Assembly (NCBI GenBank): GCA_035388125.1
Contig: DAOOPF010000006.1
Coordinates: forward strand, 1-51,585
DNA from: a bacterium
GTDB lineage: Bacteria > Zhuqueibacterota > Zhuqueibacteria > Residuimicrobiales > Residuimicrobiaceae
Length of the DNA: 51,585 nucleotides
Direction: 5' to 3'
This document shows positions 16,191 through 24,757 of the stretch, piece by piece. The translations under genes and the position numbers were made by a program. The notes under the pieces were generated by a model. That model did not search any database and was not told where the DNA came from. It was given only the letters and a program-made list of their open reading frames with translations. The stretch's first letter is position 1, and each line of letters begins with the position of its first letter.

Positions 16191-17366
16191 TCAGAGCAGA
16201 GAGGCGGCCAGCATCAGCATATCATCACCGGGCTCGGCGCTGCTGAATTCGACCACGCGATCAACAATTGCTTTGGCGGTTTCGAGTGCTGAGGATCCCC
16301 TGCCCTCCTGGCGGATGACGCGCTGCAGCCCCTGGAGGCCGATGATTTTGCCGGCGGCGGTTTCGGCCTCAACCAGACCGTCAGTATAAAGCAGCAGCTT
16401 GTCGCCCGGTTTGTAGTCCATGGAGGCTGAGCGGAAAGCAGTCTTTTCGGTTCGGGCGAAACCGATAATGGCATTTTGCGAATCGAGCCGGGTGAAGCTC
16501 TGGCCGTCGCGCAGGAGGAGTGCGGCAGGATGGGCACTGCCGGCGTAGCGCAGTCTTTTTTTCTGCAGATCGACCTCCACAGCCATGATGGTCAGGAAGA
16601 GCGGGGTATCATAAAAGGTATCGATAAAGAATTCATTCAGTCGCCAGAGGAGTTCCGCGGGGTCGGGGGCCTGCTGCACGGCCCGGCGCCACTCATGGCA
16701 CACCCGGCTGACCAGGAGGGCCGCGGCGATGCCGTGACCGGTGACATCAATGACCACCAGGTAGAGTCTGTTCTCATCGATGAGATAGAGGTCGGCAAAG
16801 TCGCCGCCGAGGCCGATCATGGGCCGGTAGCAGATGCCAACATCGATCCCTGGGGTGGTGAAAGCAGAGGGCACCAGGCTGGCCTGGATCTGCCGCGCGA
16901 GGATGAGGTCGCGGTCGATCATCTCGTGGTGCATCTGCAGGATCTTTTCCTGGTCGGCCAGAGTCAGCAGGAGGCGGCGGCGTTCGATGGCATTGCGGAC
17001 TTTGATGGTCAGGGCGTCGGGCTGAACCGGCTTGGTCAGATATTCATAGGCGCCTTCGCGCATGGCCCGGACGGCGGTGCCCACCGAGGCGAAACCGGTG
17101 ATGATAATCACCTGGGTATAGGGGTCCTTCCGGGTCGCCTCCTTGAGCACATCAAGTCCGCTCAGTTTCTGCATCTGCATATCGCTGATGACCACGTCCA
17201 GCTTGGAGGCTTCGATTGTGGTCATGGCGGCCTCGCCGGAATCGGCTTCAAGAACGGTATAGGAGTCGCGCCGCAGAATTTCGACGAAGAGCCGGCGCAG
17301 GTTGGGGTCATCCTCGACCACGAGGATGGTGTGGTGCGAGAGGTCGGGCTTGTTTATTTCAGCCAT
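16191..17366 (-). CDS. response-regulator receiver fused to a PP2C/SpoIIE-type Ser/Thr phosphatase
   Basis: REC motifs ILVVEDD, VVISDMQM and LTKP. PP2C motifs GGDFADLY, VIDVTGHGIAAAL, LYTDGLVEA and GDDMLMLA. Confidence 0.85.
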   Translation of the reverse strand: MAEINKPDLSHHTILVVEDDPNLRRLFVEILRRDSYTVLEADSGEAAMTTIEASKLDVVISDMQMQKLSGLDVLKEATRKDPYTQVIIITGFASVGTAVRAMREGAYEYLTKPVQPDALTIKVRNAIERRRLLLTLADQEKILQMHHEMIDRDLILARQIQASLVPSAFTTPGIDVGICYRPMIGLGGDFADLYLIDENRLYLVVIDVTGHGIAAALLVSRVCHEWRRAVQQAPDPAELLWRLNEFFIDTFYDTPLFLTIMAVEVDLQKKRLRYAGSAHPAALLLRDGQSFTRLDSQNAIIGFARTEKTAFRSASMDYKPGDKLLLYTDGLVEAETAAGKIIGLQGLQRVIRQEGRGSSALETAKAIVDRVVEFSSAEPGDDMLMLAASLL

Positions 17367-19138
17367 CTTACCGCCATCATGGTGATATCATCGGATTGGG
17401 GCATGTCGGCGCTGTGGGCGCGGACCGCATCGACTATGGTGTTCAGGAGCTCCTCAAGGGGCAGATGCAAATTCGGGCGGACCACCGCTTCAAGCTTCTC
17501 CTCCTCAAAATCCTCATCGCCGGAGCTTTTTGCTTCGGTCACTCCGTCGGTGAAGAGGAGCAGCAGATCCCCTCTTTGCATGGGGACGGTTTCGGAGGCG
17601 TAGGGCATGTTGGGCAGCATGCCCAGCAGCAGTCCCCCCGTCTCCAGCCGCCGGGTGGAGCCGTCGGCGCGGAAGAGGTAGGGCAGATTGTGCCCGGCGT
17701 TGACATACGTGAAGCTCTTGCCGGCGAGATCGAATTCGCCGTAGAAAAAAGTGATGAATTTGTCGTAGCCGGTGTTAGCCTGGATGAAATTATTGAGCCT
17801 TCCCACCATGGCCGGAATGTCGCCGCCGATCCCGACAAGGTTATGCAGACCGGCGTGAAGAGAAGACATCAGCAGGGAGGCTGGCACGCCCTTGCCCGAG
17901 ACGTCGGCGATGGCCACGGCGAGGCGGTTATCTTCGAGCCGGATGCAGTCGAACAAGTCTCCGCCGACCTGGCGGGTCGGGATATTCAGCCCCTTGATTT
18001 CCACGCCATCGATCTGGGGGCATTCCTGGGGAAGGAGGCGCTGCTGGATATCGCGGGCGATGTTGAGTTCCTCTTCGATGCGCTCTTTTTCGAGCGCATC
18101 GGCGAAGAGGCGGGCATTTTCGATCGAAATCATCGCGAGATTGCAGAGGGTGCTTAGAAACTCGATTTCATCGGGCTGGAATGGTTGGGCTTTGATCTTT
18201 TCACCGACGACAAAGAGGCCGCGGATCTCCTCCTCCATCTGCATCGGGATGACCAGCTTGAGCCGTTGCGACTTGAGGAGTTGGAGGCCAGGCGGGAGTT
18301 CATCCACGTCCACGTTGAGCACACGATCGACCCCTGCCAGCGCCTCGATGAATTCCGGCGCGCTGAGCAGCCGGCAGTTGGGATCATCCATGCGCAGTCC
18401 ACGGCTGCCGAAAAGCTGCAGTGTCTGCTCCTTGCGCAGATAGAGGTAGCAGCGGCTGACCACCAGCTCACCCATGACGGCATAGATCAGCAGATTGACG
18501 ACACGATCGATCTCGAGATTGGCATTCAGCTCCTTGCCGATTTCGAAGAGCGTGCGTAATTCCTGGACTTTTTTATCCAGCCGGCGGTTGACCTCTTCGA
18601 GCTGCTGATACATGAGGGCGTTTTCGATGGAGGAGGCGGCGATATTGGAAAGTGAGGTCAGATACTCGATCTCGGTGGGTTTAAAGGGGATACCGCCGAG
18701 TTTGCTGCCCAATCCCATGATGCCGATGGTGCGCTGGACGCTGATGATCGGGATGACCAGATCGATCCTGTTCTCCTGAAAAAAGGCCTTCAGCCTTTCG
18801 TCTTCCTCCTGAATATCGGCGACGATGAACGAGTCCGGCAGTTCGCCGGAGAAGAAAATCTTTTTCCCCAGCAAGTTGCGGGGCATCCCCTTGAGGGTGG
18901 TGACCTCGAAGGCCTGGTGTTCATTGGCGACCAGGACGACGCCCCGGCTGATCATCATCCGGCCCATCGGGGTGAGGAGCAGATTGTTGAGCGTGGTGCG
19001 CAGATGGAGCGACGAGTTCAGGACCTGGCTCATTTCAAAGAGGGACTGCAATTCGACCAGGCGTTCATCCAGTTCTCGGGCCACGGCGCTGTGGGAATCC
19101 GGTTCTTTCAAGGCAGGGTGGTCCCGTTCAGTTGACAA
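17354..19138 (-). CDS. cytoplasmic multi-GAF PP2C/SpoIIE-type phosphatase
   Basis: Two to three GAF-like modules are followed by VGGDLFDC, IADVSGKGVPASL, LFTDGVTEA and SDDITMMAV. The start overlaps the RsbW-like stop. Confidence 0.8.
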   Translation of the reverse strand: MSTERDHPALKEPDSHSAVARELDERLVELQSLFEMSQVLNSSLHLRTTLNNLLLTPMGRMMISRGVVLVANEHQAFEVTTLKGMPRNLLGKKIFFSGELPDSFIVADIQEEDERLKAFFQENRIDLVIPIISVQRTIGIMGLGSKLGGIPFKPTEIEYLTSLSNIAASSIENALMYQQLEEVNRRLDKKVQELRTLFEIGKELNANLEIDRVVNLLIYAVMGELVVSRCYLYLRKEQTLQLFGSRGLRMDDPNCRLLSAPEFIEALAGVDRVLNVDVDELPPGLQLLKSQRLKLVIPMQMEEEIRGLFVVGEKIKAQPFQPDEIEFLSTLCNLAMISIENARLFADALEKERIEEELNIARDIQQRLLPQECPQIDGVEIKGLNIPTRQVGGDLFDCIRLEDNRLAVAIADVSGKGVPASLLMSSLHAGLHNLVGIGGDIPAMVGRLNNFIQANTGYDKFITFFYGEFDLAGKSFTYVNAGHNLPYLFRADGSTRRLETGGLLLGMLPNMPYASETVPMQRGDLLLLFTDGVTEAKSSGDEDFEEEKLEAVVRPNLHLPLEELLNTIVDAVRAHSADMPQSDDITMMAVRWLK

Positions 19139-19586
19139 CTTTTGAACTCTTGCGGTTTATCAGATATTTTACCATCCGGACCTGATTGCGCACGCCGGGT
19201 TTGATCGTATAGTCTACTTCATCCATCAGGGTGCGCATCAGAAAAATGCCCAGGCCGCCGACCCTGAGCTCGGCCAGATACTCTTTCATATCAGGCGGCT
19301 GCACTGTGTCCGGATTGAATCCCTTGCCATGGTCGGTGACGATGAGGGTCAGCTTCTGATAGTCGATCTGGATGGCCACGTCCAGCGTCTTGTCCTGCTC
19401 CGCCTCCCTGTAGGCGTGTTTCATCACGTTGGTGCACGCCTCGTCGATGGCGAGTTCGATTTTGCCGACATCATCCTCCGGAAAGCCGACCTTTTCGGCC
19501 ACCTTGCCGACAAAAAAGCGGATGATCTCCAGGTTTTCGGTTTGACTTGGTATGCGCAGTTTATATTCTATTTTGGCTTTCGGCAT
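19128..19586 (-). CDS. RsbW/SpoIIAB-type anti-sigma-like serine kinase (HATPase_c)
   Basis: ELAIDEACTNVMKHAY (N box), VTDHGKGFNP (G1) and VGGLGIFLMRTLMDEV (G2). 152 aa. Confidence 0.8.
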   Translation of the reverse strand: MPKAKIEYKLRIPSQTENLEIIRFFVGKVAEKVGFPEDDVGKIELAIDEACTNVMKHAYREAEQDKTLDVAIQIDYQKLTLIVTDHGKGFNPDTVQPPDMKEYLAELRVGGLGIFLMRTLMDEVDYTIKPGVRNQVRMVKYLINRKSSKVVN

Positions 19587-19668
19587 ATGGGGTTCCGCCT
19601 TGTATGCATTGGTAACATTCAGGGTCAGGGGTTATAAAGCCCGTCCTCGCAAGCGATCCGCCATTGGT

Positions 19669-20040
19669 TCACTCGTTTGATGTGGGGGCGGATTTCTGCG
19701 TAAAGGTCGCCAGCGCTTCCTCCTGCCGTTCGTATATCTGGTAAATGGTCGGGAAACCCAGCAAATCGAACACCCGGTAAATTTTGGGAGACATCGAACA
19801 CATCTTGATATCTCCGTTCTTGCCTCTGATTTCCTCGATGAAGCCCATGAAGACCCCGAGACCGGCGCTGCTGATATAGTTGAGATCCTTGAAATCGACG
19901 AGGATGTTGACCTGCTCTTCGTCGAGAAGTTTCTGGATCGCCTCTTCCAGGGTGGGAGCAGTGTGGGCATCGAGGAAGCCGATAATTTTGAGCGTCGTCA
20001 GATTTGTGCCATCCAGACGGACAATCTTAAAGTTTTCCAT
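19669..20040 (-). CDS. STAS-domain anti-anti-sigma factor (RsbV/SpoIIAA-like)
   Basis: 123 aa. DFKDLNYISSAGLGVF contains the conserved phosphorylatable Ser context. Confidence 0.8.
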   Translation of the reverse strand: MENFKIVRLDGTNLTTLKIIGFLDAHTAPTLEEAIQKLLDEEQVNILVDFKDLNYISSAGLGVFMGFIEEIRGKNGDIKMCSMSPKIYRVFDLLGFPTIYQIYERQEEALATFTQKSAPTSNE

Positions 20041-20076
20041 TCATGTTCCTCCATCTATGCTGAATTGACCCGTTTT

Positions 20077-22155
20077 TCAGACGGCTTGCAGGATGACAAA
20101 GGTCAAGTCATCATGCGATCGGGCGCTGCCGACAAATCCGCCGATTTCCTCGATCAGCTGTGACAGCAGCCGTCGTGGTGGCAGAGCGTGATAGCGTTGA
20201 AAGAGAGAGACCAGCCTGGTCTCTGTGAACTCTTCACCCCGCGCGTTGCGGGCTTCAACAGCTCCATCCGTGTAAAAAAGGAAGGTATCGCCGGCCCGGT
20301 ATGGCTGCCGGTACTCCTCGAGAGCCTGTGCAAAACTCGCCCCCTGGTCCAGTCCGAGCCCCATCCCTTTCGGTTCCAGGGTCTGAACCTTCTCCCCCGC
20401 TGCTGGTGCAAATAGGACCGGGCATTGACCGGCCCGGCAAAAGGTGATCTCCATTGCCCCGGTGTCGACGATGCCGTAGGCCAGGCTGACAAAGATATTG
20501 CGATCGATGTTGCCGTAAAGGGTTTCGTTGGCGGCGATCAGCAGCTCCTTGGGCGAATGATGCTTGGGGGCCAGGGCCTCCATGATGCCCTTGAGCTCGG
20601 CCATGATAAAGGCGGCAGAGGCGCCTTTGCCGGAGACATCCCCGATCACCAGCCCCAGACGCGTTGCGTCGATACGGAAAAAGTCGTAATAATCGCCACC
20701 CACCTCGTTGGCGGTTCTGCAGACCGCCTCAAGGGTGATGCCGGGCACTTGCGGCATCTTTTTGGGCAGCAGTTTCATCTGGGCATCGTGGGCGATACGC
20801 AGCTCCTGTTCGAGCCGTTCGCGTACAAGCGAGGATTCGACCAGTCTCGCGTTGCTGATGGCGACGACCGCCTGCTCGCTGAAAGCGCGCAGCATGTCGA
20901 GGTCATCCTGCTCAAAGCCATATTCGAGCTTTTTGGCGACGTAGAGGCACCCGATCGCTTCGCCGCCGCTTTCAAGCGGCACGGCGATGACCGACTGGAC
21001 GTCGTCTTTCCACAGCGACATCGGCACATTCAGTTCGCTCCGGCTGACATGGTTGACCAGCCTGGGCCGCAGCTGGCTGGTCGCCCAACGGGCGATGGCT
21101 TCAGGCACTCCCCGCTCCATTTCGGCTGCAGAGAGATTGCGCGCAGCCGCCAGCCGCCAGGAAGCCGACTCTTCGCCGGCCAGGGCGAGCCAGCCGGAAT
21201 CGGCTTCCGTCACCTGTACGGCCAGTTCCACAGTGGTCTCGGCAAGGCGGTCAAGATTGAATTCGGAGCTGATCGCCCTGCTCAGGGTATGCAGGGAAGA
21301 GAGCTGCTTGATCTGGCGGTCGAAAAGATGCGCTGTCGGCAAATGGAAAACAAGGGCGATGTAGGCCATGGAAATATAGATGGAGAGAAAAAGAAAGCCG
21401 AGGTCGACGAAGCGGCCAAGCACGGGGCTGAAGAGAGCGGCGGGATTGGCGGTATGAAATTTGATATAGAGCAGCCACTGCAGTGGCACCAGGATCAGTC
21501 CACCGAAGAAAAGGGTCAGCTTTTGCTTCCGGTTGAGATAATTGATCCAGGCGACGCGAAAAGAGTTGAGCACCATCAGATTGATGACGATGAAGAGGAG
21601 GATATAGCCAAGATTCTCACTGCTCAGGCGGTAGGAAAAGCGAAAATCGAGATCGTTGAGATTGGTTATGCTCAGAAGTGCATAGAGGATCAGAACCAGA
21701 ATGAGGATGAGGAAGTGGAGGGCGGTATTCTTCCGCTGCTTGATAAAGATCAGATTGCGCAAAGTGCCAAGGATGACCAGAACGAAAAGAGACGAAAAAA
21801 GGGCCCAGGCGGTGAGGATGAAATAGTTGACCAGACTGCCGTAGAGGACATTGCGACCTGTGCTGAGGCTCTGGTCGGCGAAGGGCTCCAGATTCGAGAT
21901 CAGCAGCAGCAGAAAAGTGCCGAGGATCAGATAAAAAAGCGAGCGCAGCCCGCGCAGAATGTTGCGGTCCGAAGCCCAGCGCTGCTGGTAGATGATGGGC
22001 AGGCAGAGAATCAGCGCCAGTGTGATGAATCCCTCCCTGAAATAGGCCAGCGCTCGGGAGTCGAGAAGGCCGCCGAGGACATTCAGGTCGATGAGTATAC
22101 CGCCCAGAAAAAGAGCGAGCGGCAGGATGAGGGAAAGCGGGCCGATTTTTCTCAT
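20077..22155 (-). CDS. polytopic membrane sensor with GAF domain and PP2C/SpoIIE phosphatase
   Basis: About 9 hydrophobic helices in the first roughly 290 aa, then a GAF-like module, then VGGDYYDFF, IGDVSGKGASAAF, FYTDGAVEA and HDDLTFVIL. Confidence 0.8.
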   Translation of the reverse strand: MRKIGPLSLILPLALFLGGILIDLNVLGGLLDSRALAYFREGFITLALILCLPIIYQQRWASDRNILRGLRSLFYLILGTFLLLLISNLEPFADQSLSTGRNVLYGSLVNYFILTAWALFSSLFVLVILGTLRNLIFIKQRKNTALHFLILILVLILYALLSITNLNDLDFRFSYRLSSENLGYILLFIVINLMVLNSFRVAWINYLNRKQKLTLFFGGLILVPLQWLLYIKFHTANPAALFSPVLGRFVDLGFLFLSIYISMAYIALVFHLPTAHLFDRQIKQLSSLHTLSRAISSEFNLDRLAETTVELAVQVTEADSGWLALAGEESASWRLAAARNLSAAEMERGVPEAIARWATSQLRPRLVNHVSRSELNVPMSLWKDDVQSVIAVPLESGGEAIGCLYVAKKLEYGFEQDDLDMLRAFSEQAVVAISNARLVESSLVRERLEQELRIAHDAQMKLLPKKMPQVPGITLEAVCRTANEVGGDYYDFFRIDATRLGLVIGDVSGKGASAAFIMAELKGIMEALAPKHHSPKELLIAANETLYGNIDRNIFVSLAYGIVDTGAMEITFCRAGQCPVLFAPAAGEKVQTLEPKGMGLGLDQGASFAQALEEYRQPYRAGDTFLFYTDGAVEARNARGEEFTETRLVSLFQRYHALPPRRLLSQLIEEIGGFVGSARSHDDLTFVILQAV

Positions 22156-22164
22156 GGCTGCCCG

Positions 22165-24582
22165 TCAGGGTTTGAGTACACGCATGATGATCATGGTCAT
22201 GTCGTCATGCTGCGGCGTATGGCCGACAAAATGGGCGACCTGGGTCTTGATCTTGGCGAGGATCTGGTCCGTCGGCAGGTCGGCCAGCCGTTTGATCGAC
22301 TGGGCGAGCCGCTCCTCGCTGAATTCGTTGGCATATTCATTCATCGCTTCGGAGAAACCATCAGTGTAGAGGACGAAGAGATCGCCCGGCTCGACGTCGA
22401 TGGTCTGTTCCCGGATGATTTCGCTGAAAATATCGCCCGGTTCAAGGCCGAGAGCGATGCCGGGCGGGAGCAGCCGTTCCAGTCGTTCCTGTTCAGCCCG
22501 GTACCAAAAGATCGGGTCATGTCCGGCGCGTGCGAAGGTCATTTTGCGGCCGGGGAGATCGAGAATGCCGAAGATGAGGCTGATAAAATGGCCGCGTTCG
22601 ACGTTCTGGTAAAAAAGCTTGTTCATCTCGATCATCACCTGGGCGGGACTCCAGGTGGTCCGGCTCAGCGAGCGCAGAAAGCCCTTGGTCAAGGTCATGT
22701 AAAAAGCGGCGGAGACCCCCTTGCCGGAGACATCGCCGATGGCAAAACCGAGCCGCCCGTCGCCCATTTCAATGAAATCATAGTAATCACCACCCACCTC
22801 GGAAGCCGGCAGGCAGATGCTGGAGATCTCGAGCCCCTCCATGCGCGGAGTCTGCTTCGGCAGAAAGCTCATCTGCACCCTGCTGGCGATCTCGAGTTCC
22901 CGTTTCAGACGCTCGTTCTCTACTATTTTTACGGCCTGGCGAGGTAAAAAGTTGCGCAGCTGCTCGCGGCTCATATGGACCGGCCATGCCCAGACCGCAA
23001 AGGCAGCGATACCCGCCAGAGGGAGCAGAAGGAAAAGGCCCGAGTACCAGAATGTGGGGTGCCCGAGGAGCAGCAGGGGTGCTGTGGCGAAGATAAGCGC
23101 ATAGGTGAAATGAGTGGTTACGACCGTCACCAGATCATAGCGGATGAAGATCATCGCAAAAGACGTCATGATCAGGAGCCCGACAATGAGATTGACGCCC
23201 AGAGGCTCGCTGGGCAGCTTCATCTCCATATGCAGTCCGACTGCCGTGATCAGCGCGAAGAGAAACACGGCCCATTTCGTACGATGCATCGACTTCATAA
23301 GCAGGGGCAGAAAAGCGAGAACCAGGGCGAACTGATACCAGAGCACTTCATTGATGACCCGGATAAAGCTGACCAGGAACGGGACCGAACTGGCGTCACG
23401 ATGCAGTTCTGCACATAAAGATGCAATGCTGATCGTGCCGAAAAGGGAGGCGATGGTCATCACCAAAGCGACCAGTCCGGCCAGAGCAGCGCCGAAGCCC
23501 AGACCGTGCAGCAGGGCACCCGCCATGGCACGGTAGCGGAGCTGACCGCGCAGCATCGCATCGAAATAAAGCAGCTTGTCGCCGGTGAGGGTTCGGGTAT
23601 TGGACTCCCCCACGGCGACCGCAAGAAACAGGGTCACGCCGACGAAAAAGCCGGAAAAGAGAGAACCGAGGAGCAAAGAATCGAGCCCGCTCAGGCCGGG
23701 CTCGAGCACAATCATCAGAATGGTCAGCGCACTGCCTGCCAGTGCCGGCACGAGAGCATAACGGAAATTGATGCTGTCCGTGCGCAGGCGGCGAATTAAG
23801 TCGACGATGAATATGATGCTGAGAGATATGATCAGCAGGCCAAAGGGAAGCGTCTGGATTATGCGTTCCTTTTGCCACGAGGAATAGGCCGGCGGATTGT
23901 ACTGGCGCGCAAATTTGCTGACAAGGGCGCCACTGACGACCACATTCAGCTGCTGCTGCAGGCCGCAGATCAGTTCATTGCGGTTATAAGTGAAGAGATG
24001 CTCGGTATGCGAATCGAGGATGCTGCTGCTCGTCTTGGAAAAGGTGTAATGATCGGCCTCCGGACCAAGTGCCCTAAGGAGGGTGGAATCGGCGATCGCG
24101 CGAGCCTGGAAAGCGGAAAGGTTGACGCCAATGCTCTCCTTTTTTACTTCGCTCCAGAAGGAAACCGGCACGCCGTAAAGGTCGATCTGTAAAAAGACCT
24201 CTGTGAAGGCCGCGGGAAAGGTATTGCGCGAAACACCGGCGGGCTGATCGTCATTTTCAGGCCGGCTCCAGCGCACTTGCCAGGTGTAGGCGGGCAGCTG
24301 GTGGAGGACGGAATCACGCTCCGCGGGCTTGAACTGGTTCTCGATATACTGGATAAGGTCTCGTCTGACCTCCAGAGTGGCGTGCGCCCGATACTCACCC
24401 GGCTGAAAGCCGAAGAGCTGCAGGTGCTGCCCTCCTTTCGTAATCGCTTCCGACCGGTTCAGGGAGATGTGACGGGGCAGCGGAGAAAAAATGCGCGGAG
24501 CCGCGAGCACAAAGATGACCAGGCCAGTCAGTGCGATGGCAGCAAGCAAAAGCCAGTTATACCCTTTTTTATCTCCGTGCAT
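22165..24582 (-). CDS. polytopic membrane sensor with large extracytoplasmic domain and PP2C/SpoIIE phosphatase
   Basis: One TM helix, a non-hydrophobic domain of about 230 aa, about 10 further TM helices, then VGGDYYDFI, IGDVSGKGVSAAF, LYTDGFSEA and HDDMTMIIM. Confidence 0.8.
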   Translation of the reverse strand: MHGDKKGYNWLLLAAIALTGLVIFVLAAPRIFSPLPRHISLNRSEAITKGGQHLQLFGFQPGEYRAHATLEVRRDLIQYIENQFKPAERDSVLHQLPAYTWQVRWSRPENDDQPAGVSRNTFPAAFTEVFLQIDLYGVPVSFWSEVKKESIGVNLSAFQARAIADSTLLRALGPEADHYTFSKTSSSILDSHTEHLFTYNRNELICGLQQQLNVVVSGALVSKFARQYNPPAYSSWQKERIIQTLPFGLLIISLSIIFIVDLIRRLRTDSINFRYALVPALAGSALTILMIVLEPGLSGLDSLLLGSLFSGFFVGVTLFLAVAVGESNTRTLTGDKLLYFDAMLRGQLRYRAMAGALLHGLGFGAALAGLVALVMTIASLFGTISIASLCAELHRDASSVPFLVSFIRVINEVLWYQFALVLAFLPLLMKSMHRTKWAVFLFALITAVGLHMEMKLPSEPLGVNLIVGLLIMTSFAMIFIRYDLVTVVTTHFTYALIFATAPLLLLGHPTFWYSGLFLLLPLAGIAAFAVWAWPVHMSREQLRNFLPRQAVKIVENERLKRELEIASRVQMSFLPKQTPRMEGLEISSICLPASEVGGDYYDFIEMGDGRLGFAIGDVSGKGVSAAFYMTLTKGFLRSLSRTTWSPAQVMIEMNKLFYQNVERGHFISLIFGILDLPGRKMTFARAGHDPIFWYRAEQERLERLLPPGIALGLEPGDIFSEIIREQTIDVEPGDLFVLYTDGFSEAMNEYANEFSEERLAQSIKRLADLPTDQILAKIKTQVAHFVGHTPQHDDMTMIIMRVLKP

Positions 24583-24636
24583 GGGTTTGAGAAGGATCCC
24601 TGGTTCAGAGAGCAGTGAGAATCATTAAATTTTTGA

Positions 24637-24665
24637 AAATTAACCAATTCTAAGCTTCAAATCAA
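24637..24665 (-). promoter_or_regulatory. sigma-70-type promoter heading the long minus-strand string
   Basis: The minus strand reads TTGATT (24660-24665), a 17-nt spacer, then TAATTT (24637-24642), in an AT-rich spacer about 50 nt upstream of the ATG at 24582. Confidence 0.5.
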
Positions 24666-24757
24666 GGGAAATATCACGGCCCGGGGGTGAGGAAACTGCA
24701 TCGAGTCCGCCCCGGCCGCTGCCGTTCTGACGGTCAAATGAAGGTGCTCCGGGACAG

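Noticed and set aside
20425-22947. 840-aa plus-strand ORF, the longest ORF in the track
   Set aside because: It is entirely antisense to two PP2C phosphatase genes that have clear family motifs. Its translation is Gly/Asp/Ala/Arg-rich with no recognisable domain, SD or signal. This is the typical antisense open frame of GC-rich DNA.
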